Positions 20,305 to 31,521 of a stretch of 64,000 bases of DNA are shown piece by piece. The stretch's first letter is position 1; each line of letters starts with the position of its first letter. The notes beneath the pieces were generated by a model, which had not been told where the DNA came from, searched no databases, and saw nothing but the letters and a program-made list of their open reading frames with translations. The stretch is from Clostridia bacterium (GTDB taxonomy: Bacteria; CBDUZB01; JAGLHV01). The translations under genes were made by a program, and so were the position numbers. The DNA lies in assembly GCA_030595925.1 (NCBI GenBank), contig JAUVLC010000001.1, forward strand, positions 1,476-65,475, read 5' to 3'.

Positions 20305-22458
20305 TTATAATGTATCCGGAGATTCTTTAAGTTCAAAAATTTCTATTATATCATTTTCCTTAACATCCTGAAAATTTTCTAATACTATTCCACATTCATG
20401 ACCTGCTGATGCTTCACGAATATCTTCTTTGAAATGCCTTAAAGAATTAATCTTTCCTTCATAAACAATAACATTGTCTCTTAATAACCTTGCCAGTGAA
20501 TTTCTCAAAAGTTTTCCCTCTTTTACATAACATCCGGCAATACACCCAACTTTAGGGGCTTTAAAAATCTGTCGCACCTCTACTTTTGCTAAAACAATTT
20601 CTGTTGTTTGCGGGGCTAATAACCCCTCCATCGCTGCTTTAATATCAGATACCAATTCATAAATAACTCTATATGTTTTTATACTTACCTTTTCTCTTTC
20701 CGCTAAAAAATTCACCGTTTGTTCGGAACGAACATTAAACCCAATTATCAATGCATCCGAAGCTACCGCCAAAAGAACATCTGCTTCATTAATTCCCCCT
20801 ACACCACTATGTATTATAGACAATTTTATTTTATCAGAATTTATTTTTTCCAAAGAATCCCTTACTGCTTCCACCGAACCACGAACATCTGCTTTAATAA
20901 TTATTTTCAATTCCTCAATTTTTCCCGTTTCTATCTGTTGATGCAAATCTTCCAGACTAATATGTTGTTTTTTCTTTATCGTTTCCTGCCGATTTATATC
21001 CTGTCGCATCTGACTAATATATCGTACCTTCTTCTCATCTTTCATTACCCTGAATTTATCACCAACATGTGGAATATCAAAAAAACCCATTATTTCTACA
21101 GGGGTAGAGGGAGAAGCTTCCTTTATCATTTTTCCGTGATCATCCAACATTGCTTTAACTTTTCCAAAAGTTAATCCCACAATGAAAGAATCCCTTATTT
21201 TTAAAAGTCCTTCCTGGATTAATACTGTAGCTAAAATTCCTTTTTTGGAATCCAACCTTGCTTCAACAACCGTACCCCGGGCAAAACCACTAACATCACT
21301 AACCAACTCTAAAACCTCAGCTTCCAAAAGAATCATTTCCAATAAATCTTCCAAACCTGTTTCTTTCTTTGCTGAAACCTCCACAAAAACCGTTTTACCC
21401 CCCCATTCTTCCGAAAGTAAATTTAAATTCGCCAAATCCTGTTTTATTCGTTGAGGATCCGCTGACGGCAAATCCATCTTATTTATCGCAACAATAATCG
21501 GAACCCCTGCCGCCCGTGCATGGTCTATTGCTTCAACAGTTTGCGGCATCATACCATCATCAGCAGCAACAACTAAAACGACAATATCCGTAATTTGTGC
21601 ACCTCTGGCACGCATTGCAGTAAAAGCCTCATGCCCCGGAGTATCTAAAAAAACAATATCACCCTTATCTGTTTTTACTTTATAAGCTCCAATGTGTTGT
21701 GTTATATTCCCCGCCTCTTTTTCTACAATCTTCGTTTTCCGAATAGCATCCAGTAAAGAAGTTTTTCCGTGATCGACATGTCCCATTATCGTAACAACCG
21801 GAGGACGAGACTTAGAAACGGAAGCACTTATTTCTTCTTCCAGTATTTCTTCACCATAAAGAGGAATAATTTCTATTTCATATCCGAATTCTTCACTTAC
21901 CAAAGATACTACATCTAAATCTAATCGCTGATTAATAGTAGCCAAAATATTCAACGACATCATTTTTTTAATCAAATCACCTACTTCAACCTGTAGCTTT
22001 TCCGCCAATATTTTAACAGTAATAAATTCATTTACTTTAATTTTCGATTTTTGTTCTAATTTGATTTCTTCGGAAGGTTTAACTATGTTTTTTTCTTTTA
22101 TTTTTACTTCTTCTTTTTCTACTACTTTTTCTTTTACTCCTTTTTCAACTATCTTCTTTTCTACTTTTTTTACTACTTTTTCTTTTTTCTTTTGGCTCTT
22201 TTCTTTTTCTATTTTCTTTTTCTTATCTTCCTTAACTTTTAGTGCACTTTTAGAAACAGTCTTAATTGCTTTCTTTTTTGCCACTTTTTCTTTCACTTCT
22301 TTTTTAACACCGACCTTAAGCTTTTTTTTAGTTGTTATTTCTCCCTCTTTCTTTTTTATTTCTTCCTTTTTCTTAGCAGAGGTGATTTTTGTTCCTTTTT
22401 TTTCTTTAGAGCTACTCTTTCCGGTAGACTTCGTCGTAATTTTTTTCTTAATAGCCAT
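20305..22458 (-). CDS. infB: translation initiation factor IF-2
   Basis: 717 aa; Lys/Glu-rich N-terminus, G-domain [13 protein letters not shown]-terminal beta-barrels. Confidence 0.95.
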   Translation of the reverse strand: MAIKKKITTKSTGKSSSKEKKGTKITSAKKKEEIKKKEGEITTKKKLKVGVKKEVKEKVAKKKAIKTVSKSALKVKEDKKKKIEKEKSQKKKEKVVKKVEKKIVEKGVKEKVVEKEEVKIKEKNIVKPSEEIKLEQKSKIKVNEFITVKILAEKLQVEVGDLIKKMMSLNILATINQRLDLDVVSLVSEEFGYEIEIIPLYGEEILEEEISASVSKSRPPVVTIMGHVDHGKTSLLDAIRKTKIVEKEAGNITQHIGAYKVKTDKGDIVFLDTPGHEAFTAMRARGAQITDIVVLVVAADDGMMPQTVEAIDHARAAGVPIIVAINKMDLPSADPQRIKQDLANLNLLSEEWGGKTVFVEVSAKKETGLEDLLEMILLEAEVLELVSDVSGFARGTVVEARLDSKKGILATVLIQEGLLKIRDSFIVGLTFGKVKAMLDDHGKMIKEASPSTPVEIMGFFDIPHVGDKFRVMKDEKKVRYISQMRQDINRQETIKKKQHISLEDLHQQIETGKIEELKIIIKADVRGSVEAVRDSLEKINSDKIKLSIIHSGVGGINEADVLLAVASDALIIGFNVRSEQTVNFLAEREKVSIKTYRVIYELVSDIKAAMEGLLAPQTTEIVLAKVEVRQIFKAPKVGCIAGCYVKEGKLLRNSLARLLRDNVIVYEGKINSLRHFKEDIREASAGHECGIVLENFQDVKENDIIEIFELKESPDTL

Positions 22459-22516
22459 TTTTTTCTCACCTTTTTTTAGATTTCAAAAAGAAACTAAAAC
22501 TTTCTTTAAAAATTTT

Positions 22517-23752
22517 CTATTTTTTTAATGCTTCTTTAGCTGCCTTATGTATTTTTTCTGCCATTTTAGGCCCAATCCCCTGAAGAATTGTCAAAGCAGA
22601 AGAGGGAACAGCAACAATGCTTCGCACTGAATGAAACCCTCCGCCAAATAAGGTCTTTGCCGTTTTTTCTCCAATTCCCGATAATGAAGAAATTTCTTTC
22701 AACCCTAAAGTCACAGCCTCTTTCTTTTGAGCTTCACTTTTTATATCTACATGCCATCCGGTTAATCTTGCTGCCAAACGAACATTTTGTCCTGACTTTC
22801 CAATGGCAAGAGACAATTGATCGTTAGCAATTATAACCTCTGCTTTTTTATCTTTATTATCTGTTATTACTTTAAGAACTTTAGCCGGACTTAGAGAATT
22901 GCCTATATAAACAATAGTGTCGTCACTCCAATTAATCATATCGATCCGTTCACCGCGCAATTCATCAATAATTGCCCGAATTCGCGAACCTTTTACTCCA
23001 ACACATGCTCCTACCGGATCGACTCTGCTATTATGAGAAAAAACAGCTACTTTTGCTCTTACTCCAGGATCTCTTACTATATTCTTTATTTCCACTGTCT
23101 TATCATATACTTCAGGCACTTCCAATTCAAACAACCTTTTAATCAATTCCGGATGGGTCCGCGAAACTAAAACCTGCGGACCTTTGGAAGTTTTAGTTGC
23201 ACTCACGATATATACTTTTAGTCGTTCACCTATCCGATAAGTCTCACTTTTTACCTGTTCCCGGAAAGGCAAAATAGCTTCTATTTTCCCTAAATCAACA
23301 ATAACATTATTGTTTACAAATCGTTGAACACTTCCATTGAGCACCATTTTTTCTTTTTGTTTCATTTCATTATACAAATTTTCTCTTTCTGTTTCACGAA
23401 TACGTTGAATAATTACTTGTTTAGCTGTTTGAGCAGCAATCCGGCCAAAATCATCTGTTTCAATTTTTATTTTTATGTCCGACCCCAACTTAACATTAGA
23501 TTTTATTTCTTTCGCCTGGGAAAAGGAAATTTCATGTGCGGAATTTTCAACTTTTTCCACAACCTTTTTTATTATCCAGGCTTTAATCAATCCCGTATCA
23601 ATATCTACCTTCGCTTCCACATCCTGCGTCTTACCTGAATGCTTCCGAAAAGCAGATATTAACGCTGTCTCAATCATTTTTAATAATTCTTCTTTTTTAA
23701 TCCCTTTTTCTCTTTCAATCTGTTCTAAAACAGATAAAAGTTCCTGCTCCAT
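22517..23752 (-). CDS. nusA: transcription termination/antitermination factor NusA
   Basis: S1, KH1/KH2 and C-terminal HhH repeats; RBS GGGAGG supports the MEQELLSVLEQ start (the ORF track extends to 23800). Confidence 0.9.
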   Translation of the reverse strand: MEQELLSVLEQIEREKGIKKEELLKMIETALISAFRKHSGKTQDVEAKVDIDTGLIKAWIIKKVVEKVENSAHEISFSQAKEIKSNVKLGSDIKIKIETDDFGRIAAQTAKQVIIQRIRETERENLYNEMKQKEKMVLNGSVQRFVNNNVIVDLGKIEAILPFREQVKSETYRIGERLKVYIVSATKTSKGPQVLVSRTHPELIKRLFELEVPEVYDKTVEIKNIVRDPGVRAKVAVFSHNSRVDPVGACVGVKGSRIRAIIDELRGERIDMINWSDDTIVYIGNSLSPAKVLKVITDNKDKKAEVIIANDQLSLAIGKSGQNVRLAARLTGWHVDIKSEAQKKEAVTLGLKEISSLSGIGEKTAKTLFGGGFHSVRSIVAVPSSALTILQGIGPKMAEKIHKAAKEALKK

Positions 23753-23814
23753 AATATTCCTCCCAACACTAAATAAAATATATTTGCGTAACGAAATCAA
23801 ACCTGTTTTTCTAA

Positions 23815-24270
23815 CTAAATTTCCAAAACTAAACGGGCACCTGAGATTTCTTCCAAAGGAATTTTAATACATTCCCCCTGTTCTTTTTCTATTTCGACAA
23901 TTCCTTTTTCACATCCTATTAATTTCACCTCGAAATGCCTCTGATTATTAATAGGTTTATAAGTAGTAAGCTTTACTTTCCGCATTAAAAACTTTTTAAA
24001 ATCTTTCTCCTTTTTTAACACCCGGTCTAACCCGGGAGAAGAAACTTCCAGAAAATAATCGTGAGGAGTAAAATCCATCTCTTCAAGCAATTCCCTTAAT
24101 TCTGCACTAACCTTTTGACAATCGTTTAACCCTACCCCTCCTTCTTTATCAACAAAAACCTGCAACAACCACTTATTTAATTTGTGATATTGAACATCCA
24201 CCAATTCCATTTCGTTTCTTCTTATTACCGGTTCAATAACTTTTTCTATTATTTCGTCTATCTTTTTCAC
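23815..24270 (-). CDS. rimP: ribosome maturation factor RimP
   Basis: 151 aa; RimP N- and C-domains; lies upstream of nusA as usual. Confidence 0.85.
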   Translation of the reverse strand: MKKIDEIIEKVIEPVIRRNEMELVDVQYHKLNKWLLQVFVDKEGGVGLNDCQKVSAELRELLEEMDFTPHDYFLEVSSPGLDRVLKKEKDFKKFLMRKVKLTTYKPINNQRHFEVKLIGCEKGIVEIEKEQGECIKIPLEEISGARLVLEI

Positions 24271-24317
24271 TTCTTTTATTCCTCAAAAAAATCCCTTTGA
24301 CAAATATCTCCCTAAGA

Positions 24318-24350
24318 AAAACAAAAAGTGGGCTATTCACCCACTTTGCT
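24318..24350 (-). terminator. putative rho-independent terminator downstream of the radical-SAM gene
   Basis: On the minus strand GCAAAGTGGGTGAATAGCCCACTTTTTGTTTTTC: a 7-bp stem then a T-run. Confidence 0.4.
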
Positions 24351-24506
24351 ATTTTATAACATATTTTCAAAATCATTGCAAGCCTTTTTTATCCATTTAT
24401 TCATCTTTTGGAAATACAAGGATATACCATTCCTTTTTTTATAGCACAATTCTTTATTTGCCATCCTTTACAATTTGGAACAAGTTAAAAGGCAATTTTA
24501 AAAACA

Positions 24507-25382
24507 TTAAACAAAATTGATAAAAGGACATATTCTTACCGGCTCTTGCAAATCTTTCCTATATCTATTCTTTACCACATTTATAAATTCTATATCACTG
24601 TCAACTTTAGTAAACGGAACATCAAAAGCACAATAAGACACCTCTCCCCAGGAATTGATAAAAATTAAACTTCTCCCTCTTTCACAATACGGAACTAGTT
24701 CTGAAAAGGGATAAATAAAAGGTTTTATGCAATTATCTATATTTATTTTTGAAAAAGTTTCAAAGGATATAAAGTAATTTTTTATTTTTGATAGGAATTC
24801 AATTAACTCTTCTTTGGTAAAATCTAATTGGACCAATTTGGGAACAATTAAATATATTGAGTCAACATTAGGCGACATATTCTTGATTAAATCAACACCT
24901 ATTTTTAATACCTGCTTGGTCAAAAGCAAATTTATATTTACCACTTTTACATAATTTTTTAATTTTATTATAGCTTTTAGAAAAGATTTTATGTTATTAT
25001 TTATATCAACCTTGTATTCATCAAAGGAAAGAGAAACTAAATCACAATATTTAAATATTTTCCCTTCAAAATTGATTATATTTTCATAATTGGTAGTTAT
25101 AGAAAATTTTATTTTTTTCACCCTGGCTAATTTACTTAATACTTTAAGAAAAACAAGGTTTTTATCGCTTATATTTTTTTTATCGATATAATTTACTGAC
25201 ATGGCAATTTCTTTTATTCCTAATACAGGTAAAGAATTAATAATTGATTCAAAAAAATATATACTTTTTTCTGCTTTTTTATTTATTTTGCGGAATTTAA
25301 TATAACAAAACGGACATTCTTTCATACAATCAGCAGTAGGATGTAAAGAAAGTATCGATGGAAATTGAGAAGGCATATTCAT
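24507..25382 (-). CDS. radical SAM domain protein of unknown specificity
   Basis: CxxxCxxC near the N-terminus (ADCMKECPFC); 291 aa; sits at the core/island boundary. Confidence 0.5.
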   Translation of the reverse strand: MNMPSQFPSILSLHPTADCMKECPFCYIKFRKINKKAEKSIYFFESIINSLPVLGIKEIAMSVNYIDKKNISDKNLVFLKVLSKLARVKKIKFSITTNYENIINFEGKIFKYCDLVSLSFDEYKVDINNNIKSFLKAIIKLKNYVKVVNINLLLTKQVLKIGVDLIKNMSPNVDSIYLIVPKLVQLDFTKEELIEFLSKIKNYFISFETFSKINIDNCIKPFIYPFSELVPYCERGRSLIFINSWGEVSYCAFDVPFTKVDSDIEFINVVKNRYRKDLQEPVRICPFINFV

Positions 25383-25388
25383 CTCCTT

Positions 25389-25697
25389 TAGAGCTAAGAG
25401 CTAAGAGCTAAGAGCTAAGAGCTAAGAGCTGAGAGCATAGAGCTAAGTGCTAAGTGCTTAGAGCTAAGAGCAAAGAGCTAAGAGCTAAGTGCTAAAAGCT
25501 AAGAGCTTAGAGCTAAGAGCAAAGAGCTAAGAGCAAAGAGCTAAGTGCTAAGTGCTTAGAGCTAAGAGCAAAGAGCTAAGAGCTAAGAGCTAAGAGCAAA
25601 GAGCTAAGAGCAAAGAGCTAAGTGCTAAGTGCTTAGAGCTAAGAGCAAAGAGCTAAGAGCTAAGAGCTAAGAGCTGAGAGCATAGTGCTAAGAGCTT
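25389..25697. repeat. AGAGCWW heptamer tandem array (~44 units)
   Basis: Direct read: agagcta agagcta ... agtgcta agagcaa agagctt; period 7. Confidence 0.9.
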
Positions 25698-25779
25698 AAC
25701 GATTAGTTAATTTCAGATTAATCTGTAATTTTTTTATCATGAATCGTGAATCCTGTATCCTGAACGAAAGGAAACAAAA

Positions 25780-26124
25780 ATGTTTAACATTTCCCAAGAG
25801 GCAAAAAATAATTTTAATTTAGGAAATAATTATTTTAAGCAGAAAAATTTTGCAGCGGCAATCTTAGCCTATCAAAAAGCTCTAAAAATCTGTCCGGAGT
25901 ATATAGATGCCTATAATAAATTGGGAATAATTTATGTTTTTCAAGGTAAATTTGAATCAGCAAAAAATGTATATTTTAAAATAATTGAAACAGAAACAGA
26001 AAATTATAAAATTCGTTATATGTCACATAATGCCTTAGGTGAAATTTACAGCAAATTAGGAAACTATAAAGAAGCCATAAATGAATTTAAAAAAGCGGCA
26101 AGGAGTATTAAGCAAAGAGCTTAG
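25780..26124 (+). CDS. TPR-repeat protein
   Basis: 114 aa; TPR-like AxxxYxxALxxxP repeats (AILAYQKALKICPEYIDAYNKLGIIY...); the C-terminus runs into the heptamer array. Confidence 0.55.
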   Translation: MFNISQEAKNNFNLGNNYFKQKNFAAAILAYQKALKICPEYIDAYNKLGIIYVFQGKFESAKNVYFKIIETETENYKIRYMSHNALGEIYSKLGNYKEAINEFKKAARSIKQRA

Positions 26125-26298
26125 AGCTTAGAGCTATGAGTTTAGAGCAAAGAGCTTAGAGCATGGTAGCCGCAGGCTTTCCTCCAAACAGATGGCGGAC
26201 AAGTAGCCTGCGAATTAACCAATTTTCCACTAGTAAAAAATGGCAAATAAGCATATTTTCAGATTGAGGGACTGATGATTTTTTTCAACAGTCCCTAA

Positions 26299-26499
26299 TT
26301 AAATATTAGAATTCTGATTTTTTATCCATTCCGCAACAAATCGATTCATTTTAAGTCTCGTCTCTTCATTTCTCGGTTCAAAAGAAAATTGTTCTAAAAT
26401 ATCTTTCATAATCTGTTTTTTAAACTTTTCCACTTCCGAAGGCAAAGTTAAAACAAATTCAGCATCTGACTCATCAAAAACGATATATTCTTCCATCAT
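26299..26499 (-). CDS. hypothetical small acidic protein
   Basis: 66 aa ORF with an AAGGAAAGGA RBS; no recognisable domain. Confidence 0.3.
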   Translation of the reverse strand: MMEEYIVFDESDAEFVLTLPSEVEKFKKQIMKDILEQFSFEPRNEETRLKMNRFVAEWIKNQNSNI

Positions 26500-26517
26500 T
26501 AATATCCTTTCCTTATT

Positions 26518-26951
26518 AAGCTTAGAGCTAAGGGCTTAGAGCTAAGGGCATAGAGCTAAGAGCTAAGTGCTAAGGGCTAAGAGCTAAGGGCTGAGAGCTA
26601 AGAGCATAGAGCTAAGAGCATAGAGCTAAGAGCATAGAGCTAAGAGCTTAGAGCTAAGAGCAAAGAGCTAAGAGCTAAGTGCAAAGAGCTAAGAGCTTAG
26701 AGCTAAGAGCTAAGAGCATAGAGCTAAGTGCTAAGAGCTAAGAGCAAAGAGCTAAGAGCTAAGAGCTAAGAGCATAAAAGCAAAGAGCTAAGAGCTAAGT
26801 GCAAAGAGCTAAGTGCAAAGAGCTAAGAGCGTAGAGCATAGTGCTAAGAGCTTAGAGCTTAGAGCTAAGAGCAAAGAGCTTAGAGCTAAGAGCATAGAGC
26901 GTAGAGCTAAAAGCTAAGAGCTTAGAGCTAAGTGCTAAGAGCATAGAGCTT
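26518..26951. repeat. AGAGCWW heptamer tandem array (~61 units)
   Basis: Longest AGAGCTA-type array in the window; degenerate units AGAGCTA/AGGGCTA/AGAGCAT/AGTGCAA. Confidence 0.9.
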
Positions 26952-26984
26952 AACGATTAATTAATTACAGATTAATCTGTAATT

Positions 26985-27112
26985 TGCAATCTGTAATTTT
27001 TTTATCCTGTATCCTGAATCCTGTATCTTGCATCCTATATCCTGTATCGTGAATCGTGAATCGTGTATCGTGAATCGTGTATCGTGAATCCTGTATCGTG
27101 AAATGTTATTCC
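26985..27112. repeat. ATCNTGW heptamer tandem array
   Basis: atcctgt atcctga atcctgt atcttgc ... atcgtga atcgtgt; preceded by the palindrome CAGATTAATCTG and AATCTGT units. Confidence 0.9.
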
Positions 27113-27235
27113 TGCAGACAGAATGTGTTGTTTTACAGAACTCTAAATATCTTTTCTCTTTCTATCTGTGTAATCATCTTTTTTAAATCTGTGTAATCAA
27201 GTATCTGCGAAAACTTTTGAGCAGATACTAATTAT

Positions 27236-27667
27236 TTATTCCAACTCTAACTTTTTAAAACGTTCTGAATCCACAGATGCATCTAAGTCCTTTATTTCTT
27301 CGTCTTTAGTTGAACTACATTTTTCTTCTTGTTTTGTTAAAACTTTTGTTTCCCTTGAAGGAGATTTAATAGTAAAAGCCTTTCCCTCTAAGTTAATAGT
27401 CACTTTACGGTCATCTATTTTAAATATTTCTAATTCCGGAAAATGATACTGCTTTTTTATCTGATAAATAAGTTCTATAAAAGAAAGTATATTTTTCCCC
27501 CCAAATAAATCCTCACGGTCTTTATCCAATCTAAAAGGGGAATTACTTTCGATTACATATACTTTTATTAAGTGACTTAAAATCTCTACTAATTCATCTC
27601 TTTCTAAATTTTGAAGAGACTTAACTATTTCCTGCTTTACTTTCTGATTTTGATTTAATGGTTCCAT
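27236..27667 (-). CDS. hypothetical protein (last gene of the 28795->27236 operon)
   Basis: 143 aa; RBS AAAGGA; no domain recognised. Confidence 0.45.
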   Translation of the reverse strand: MEPLNQNQKVKQEIVKSLQNLERDELVEILSHLIKVYVIESNSPFRLDKDREDLFGGKNILSFIELIYQIKKQYHFPELEIFKIDDRKVTINLEGKAFTIKSPSRETKVLTKQEEKCSSTKDEEIKDLDASVDSERFKKLELE

Positions 27668-27679
27668 CTCTTTTTTCCT

Positions 27680-28357
27680 TTATTTATCCCATAGACAATT
27701 TTTTAATTTACTTTTATCTAAATTTACTTTAACAAACTTTGCTCCCCGGAAATCAATACAACTTAGATTAGCTCCCTCTAAATTTACATTTATTAAAACA
27801 GTCCCTCTGAAATCAGCGTTTTCAAGATTAGCCCCTTTTAAGTTTACATCTAATAATACTGCGTTACTAAAATTTGTCTTTATCAAAGAAGGAGTGCCAA
27901 GAAAATTGTCAGCTATAAAATTAGTATGTATAATCGTTGCTTTCCTGAAATTACTTCCGTAGAAATCAGTGTTCTTAAACTCTGTTAAAATAATGCTCGC
28001 CCTTTCGAACGACGAATTCATCGAAAAACAATCACTAACTTTAGTATAGTGAAAGTAGGAACAAGAAAAATCAGATTCTGCAAGGTTAGAAGAAAATATA
28101 TTCGAACTATCAAAAACACAAAACGCAAAATTGGTTTTGCAAAGCATTGCTTTAAAAAAGATAGTATGGTTTAGTTTAGAATTATTTAAATCTGAAGAAG
28201 TAAGATTCAAATCTTTTAGAGAAGTTTGATTTATTTCAACTTCCGATAAATTCACTTCATTCAAATTAACTTTATCAAAAATATCCTGCGAAAATTTCTT
28301 TTCTTTTTTATATTTTTCTAATATCAATTCACGGCTAAATTTAGAATATTCCGCCAT
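27680..28357 (-). CDS. pentapeptide-repeat protein
   Basis: 225 aa dominated by A(D/N)LxG-type pentapeptide repeats (NLENADFRGTVLINVNLEGANLSCIDFRGAKFVKVNL). Confidence 0.75.
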   Translation of the reverse strand: MAEYSKFSRELILEKYKKEKKFSQDIFDKVNLNEVNLSEVEINQTSLKDLNLTSSDLNNSKLNHTIFFKAMLCKTNFAFCVFDSSNIFSSNLAESDFSCSYFHYTKVSDCFSMNSSFERASIILTEFKNTDFYGSNFRKATIIHTNFIADNFLGTPSLIKTNFSNAVLLDVNLKGANLENADFRGTVLINVNLEGANLSCIDFRGAKFVKVNLDKSKLKNCLWDK

Positions 28358-28360
28358 TTT

Positions 28361-28795
28361 TTAATCCTGCTTCTCAACTTCTGTGACAGTAGATTTACCA
28401 ACGACTTTCGATTTTTTCTCGTTAATTCCCTGATTTTCAAAAATAGTAGCCATATTTATATCAATAGGTTGCCCACACTTCTCACAAGATACTTTTTCCA
28501 TTGTATCTCCCTTGCTATTTATCCTGGAATGAAAATCCTGTAAATAATTAAGATCTGCAAGAAAAAGTTTTTCTATTACTTCCGAAGTTATTTCGGTCAA
28601 AGGACCCAATTTAGTTATAATTCTGGAAAGCAGAAGTATTGGATAATAATCTTCATTTCTTGCTATTCTTTGATCGTTAGATACTTCTATCTCATCTTTA
28701 GCATTAACTAACCTCATACACCCTTTTCGATAAAGCCTTCCACTCTCATCCCTATAACCAATTGGGAGTACAAAATCAAATTCTGTCTGTAACAT
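28361..28795 (-). CDS. hypothetical protein with a C-terminal zinc-ribbon (CEKCGQP)
   Basis: 144 aa; conserved leader AAAACGAAAGGAGG upstream; tightly coupled to the pentapeptide-repeat gene. Confidence 0.45.
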   Translation of the reverse strand: MLQTEFDFVLPIGYRDESGRLYRKGCMRLVNAKDEIEVSNDQRIARNEDYYPILLLSRIITKLGPLTEITSEVIEKLFLADLNYLQDFHSRINSKGDTMEKVSCEKCGQPIDINMATIFENQGINEKKSKVVGKSTVTEVEKQD

Positions 28796-28930
28796 TTTTC
28801 TATTACCTCCTTTCGTTTTTAAGCTAAGAGCTAAGAGCTAAGAGCTAAGAGCTTAGTGCAAAAAGCTAAGAGCAATCTAAACCCGCATTTTTTTATCCTG
28901 TATCATGTATCATGTATCATGTATCATGTA

Positions 28931-29137
28931 TCATGTATCATGTAATTTGGACTGATTTTCCTGTTCTACTTCCTCTTCATAAAACTCAGAAGTTTTTTCT
29001 CTTTCCACTACCTCTCCCATCGCTCCTTCTAAAAACTTAGAAAAATCAAGACATTTCTTACCTTTCACCCCTTTAACATGAATTGTTATTTCTCCTTCCG
29101 GAGAAATACTAATTTCCATTTCTTTTTTCATGACCAT
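28931..29137 (-). CDS. DUF2997-like small protein
   Basis: 68 aa; MEISISPEGEITIHVKGVKGKKCLDFSKFLEGAMGEV...EFY fits the DUF2997 pattern; overlaps the DUF1257 gene by 10 nt. Confidence 0.55.
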   Translation of the reverse strand: MVMKKEMEISISPEGEITIHVKGVKGKKCLDFSKFLEGAMGEVVEREKTSEFYEEEVEQENQSKLHDT

Positions 29138-29532
29138 TTCCTCACTACCAATTTTATAGTTTGATCTTCTTCTACTTTATCCTCTACTAAGGTAAAACCC
29201 TGTTTTTTGACCTCACTGCTAACTTTGTTATAGGCATAGCGTTGCCTTAATTTCTGCATAAATTCTTCCTGCTTAAATCCAGCATGTGATTCTACTCCCC
29301 ACCAGTCAGCAAAAACTTCACACATACCTCCATCCTTTACTTTAACGCCTATGTCGTAAGAACTTTTGGTATCAATTTTCAAATCCGCTTCCTCTTGATT
29401 TCCATTCCAGCCTCGTACATAAACTTTGGCTTTATCCTTGCCTTCTGTATATTTATACCCTAATTCTTCTATCGTCTTCTTTAAACAAACCAAATCATTA
29501 ATTTTTGTATCTACTTTGGTAAAATGAGACAT
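29128..29532 (-). CDS. DUF1257 (Ycf35-like) protein
   Basis: MSHFTKVDTKINDL...VRGWNG...YDIGVKV...ADWWGV are hallmarks of DUF1257; RBS GGGAGG supports the start at 29532 (the track's extension to 29577 reads through the heptamer array). Confidence 0.65.
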   Translation of the reverse strand: MSHFTKVDTKINDLVCLKKTIEELGYKYTEGKDKAKVYVRGWNGNQEEADLKIDTKSSYDIGVKVKDGGMCEVFADWWGVESHAGFKQEEFMQKLRQRYAYNKVSSEVKKQGFTLVEDKVEEDQTIKLVVRKWS

Positions 29533-29707
29533 AAAAATTTTCCTCCCTTTTTTCACGATACACGATTCAAGATACATGATACAAACAAATTATTAGTGGT
29601 AGCCGCAGGCTTCAGCCTGCGTTTCCTTATGGTCATTGCTAATAGCTAAGAGTATTTCAAATTAACCTATATTCTATAATTCTATATCCTGTATCCTGTA
29701 TCGTGAA

Positions 29708-31261
29708 CTATATTTCCAATTTCCGGGAACTTTTTTCCGTATCTTTAACTATATCCATAGACGCTCTTCTTGCCCTGGTCTTTGCCCATTCCCGTATAGC
29801 TTTAATTTCTCTTTCCATTGTCTGAGAAAGAGGAATTAATTCATTAGCACTGTGAATTACCAGGTCTGTATTAATATCTGTATTTGATTCAAAAGCATCG
29901 TATAGAGCGGATATTATCACTTCTTCAATTTCCGAACCACTATATCCTTCTGTATCTTGAGCTATTTTTTCAATATCAAAATCCTGGGGATTTCTTTTCC
30001 TTTTCTGAATATGAATACGAACAATTTCTTTTCTTTCCTCAAAATCAGGTAAATCTACATAAAAAATCTCATCAAAACGACCTTTACGCAGTAATTCCGG
30101 TGGAAGTAAACTAACATTATTAGCAGTAGCTACTACAAAAACAGGGCTATTCTTTTCTTGCAGCCAGGTAATAAAACTGCCAAAAACCCTTGCGGTTGTT
30201 CCGGCATCTGAAAAAGAAGAACTTTGAGTTCCGGAAAAACCCTTTTCCAACTCATCCATCCATAGAATAGATGGGGCAACGGCTTCCGCAGTTTTAATTG
30301 CTTTTCTCATATTTTCTTCCGAAGAACCGACTAACCCGGCAAATATCTTTCCTACATCTAAACGCAACAGGGGTAATTGCCACAAATTACCTACAGCTTT
30401 AGCAGTGAGAGACTTCCCACAGCCGGGTATACCGATAAGTAAAATTCCCTTGGGCTGGGGAAGACCAAATTCTCTGGCCCGCATAGTAAAAGCTAAACCT
30501 CTTTTTCGCAGCCATTGTTTTAATTCTCCTAACCCTCCCACATCATCAATTTTTTCGTTCGCATTGTAAAATTCTAAAATCCCTGATTTTCTAATTATCT
30601 GTTCTTTTTCCGAAAGAATTACATCGATATCAAACTGTCCCTTCTTTACTAACGATTTGGCAAAAACACTTTCTGCCTCGTTGGCAGTCAATCCCAAAGC
30701 TGCTTTTACAATCCGCTCTCTTTGATTTTTATTAAGAGTAGTTTCTACCTTCGAATTATTAGGTAAAGATTTTAATATTCCATCAATAATTTGATTTAAT
30801 TCCTCTGCAGCCGGTAAATTATAATCCACCACGACAATCTCTTTCTCCAACTCAGCAGGAATTTTAAGCAAAGGAGAAAGAAAGATTAAGTTTTTATAAC
30901 TATTTTTTAAAAGCCTATTAACATCCCTTAACCTTCGCACAACTACCGGATCTTTAAAATACGGATGAAAATCACGAAAAACGAAAATTGCATTTTCTTT
31001 TGAATTAATCACTAATTCCAAAGCTTTCAGGGGATCTTTTAAATCCGGTGATTCATTTTTTATTCCGGTAATTCCTTCAGTAATCGACCAACAAATTAAT
31101 TTCTTTTCCCGCTTAAAAGCAATTTGCCTCAGGGTATTTTCTACCCGCATTTCTTCACAGGATAATAAGTATATTAAAGGATACCGTGCTCTAATCAAAC
31201 ACTCAATTTCTTCCAGTATTTTGTTATTGTCCTCTTTATCATGTTTAAATTTTCCCTCCAC
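29708..31261 (-). CDS. AAA+ ATPase (CDC48/FtsH-like single AAA module)
   Basis: Walker [10 protein letters not shown], Walker B ILWMDELE and SRH region; probable GTG start at 31261 with RBS AGGAGAGG; either the partner of DUF1257/DUF2997 or an eCIS Afp15-like assembly ATPase. Confidence 0.8.
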   Translation of the reverse strand: MEGKFKHDKEDNNKILEEIECLIRARYPLIYLLSCEEMRVENTLRQIAFKREKKLICWSITEGITGIKNESPDLKDPLKALELVINSKENAIFVFRDFHPYFKDPVVVRRLRDVNRLLKNSYKNLIFLSPLLKIPAELEKEIVVVDYNLPAAEELNQIIDGILKSLPNNSKVETTLNKNQRERIVKAALGLTANEAESVFAKSLVKKGQFDIDVILSEKEQIIRKSGILEFYNANEKIDDVGGLGELKQWLRKRGLAFTMRAREFGLPQPKGILLIGIPGCGKSLTAKAVGNLWQLPLLRLDVGKIFAGLVGSSEENMRKAIKTAEAVAPSILWMDELEKGFSGTQSSSFSDAGTTARVFGSFITWLQEKNSPVFVVATANNVSLLPPELLRKGRFDEIFYVDLPDFEERKEIVRIHIQKRKRNPQDFDIEKIAQDTEGYSGSEIEEVIISALYDAFESNTDINTDLVIHSANELIPLSQTMEREIKAIREWAKTRARRASMDIVKDTEKSSRKLEI

Positions 31262-31328
31262 ATTCCTCTCCTTTCTTTCACGATACACGATACATGATTC
31301 ACGATACATGATACAAACAAATTATAAA

Positions 31329-31397
31329 CTGGTAGCCGCAGGCTTCAGCCTGCGTAATTTCTCCCATACAAACGCAACCTAAAGGTTGCGGCTACCA
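31329..31397 (+). repeat. three-way-junction hairpin element (GGTAGCCGC...GCGGCTACC)
   Basis: An outer 9-bp stem GGTAGCCGC/GCGGCTACC encloses hairpins GCAGGCTTCAGCCTGC and GCAACCTAAAGGTTGC; the related core GGTAGCCGCAGGCTTYAGCCTGCG occurs at 26165, 29597, 32731, 34346 and 38617, and inverted at 43823, 44896 and 57698. Confidence 0.6.
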
Positions 31398-31521
31398 CTC
31401 TAATAATCTGAAATCTGTAATCTATAATTTTTTTATCCTGTATCCTGTATCATGTATCCTGTATCATGTATCTTGTATCATGTATCCTGAATCTTGCATC
31501 CTGTATCCTGTATCGTGCATA

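Noticed and set aside
20719-22528. Plus-strand ORFs inside infB (20719..21174, 21182..21454, 22061..22528) and the other antisense ORFs within alaS, recA, pnp, ftsK and the baseplate gene
   Set aside because: They are antisense shadows within well-supported conserved genes; they are AT-rich with low-complexity translations.
26217-26298. Hairpin GAGGGACTG-N14-CAGTCCCT between the convergent TPR gene and 26299..26499, as a terminator
   Set aside because: The stem is reasonable but is not followed by a T-run on either strand; left unannotated.
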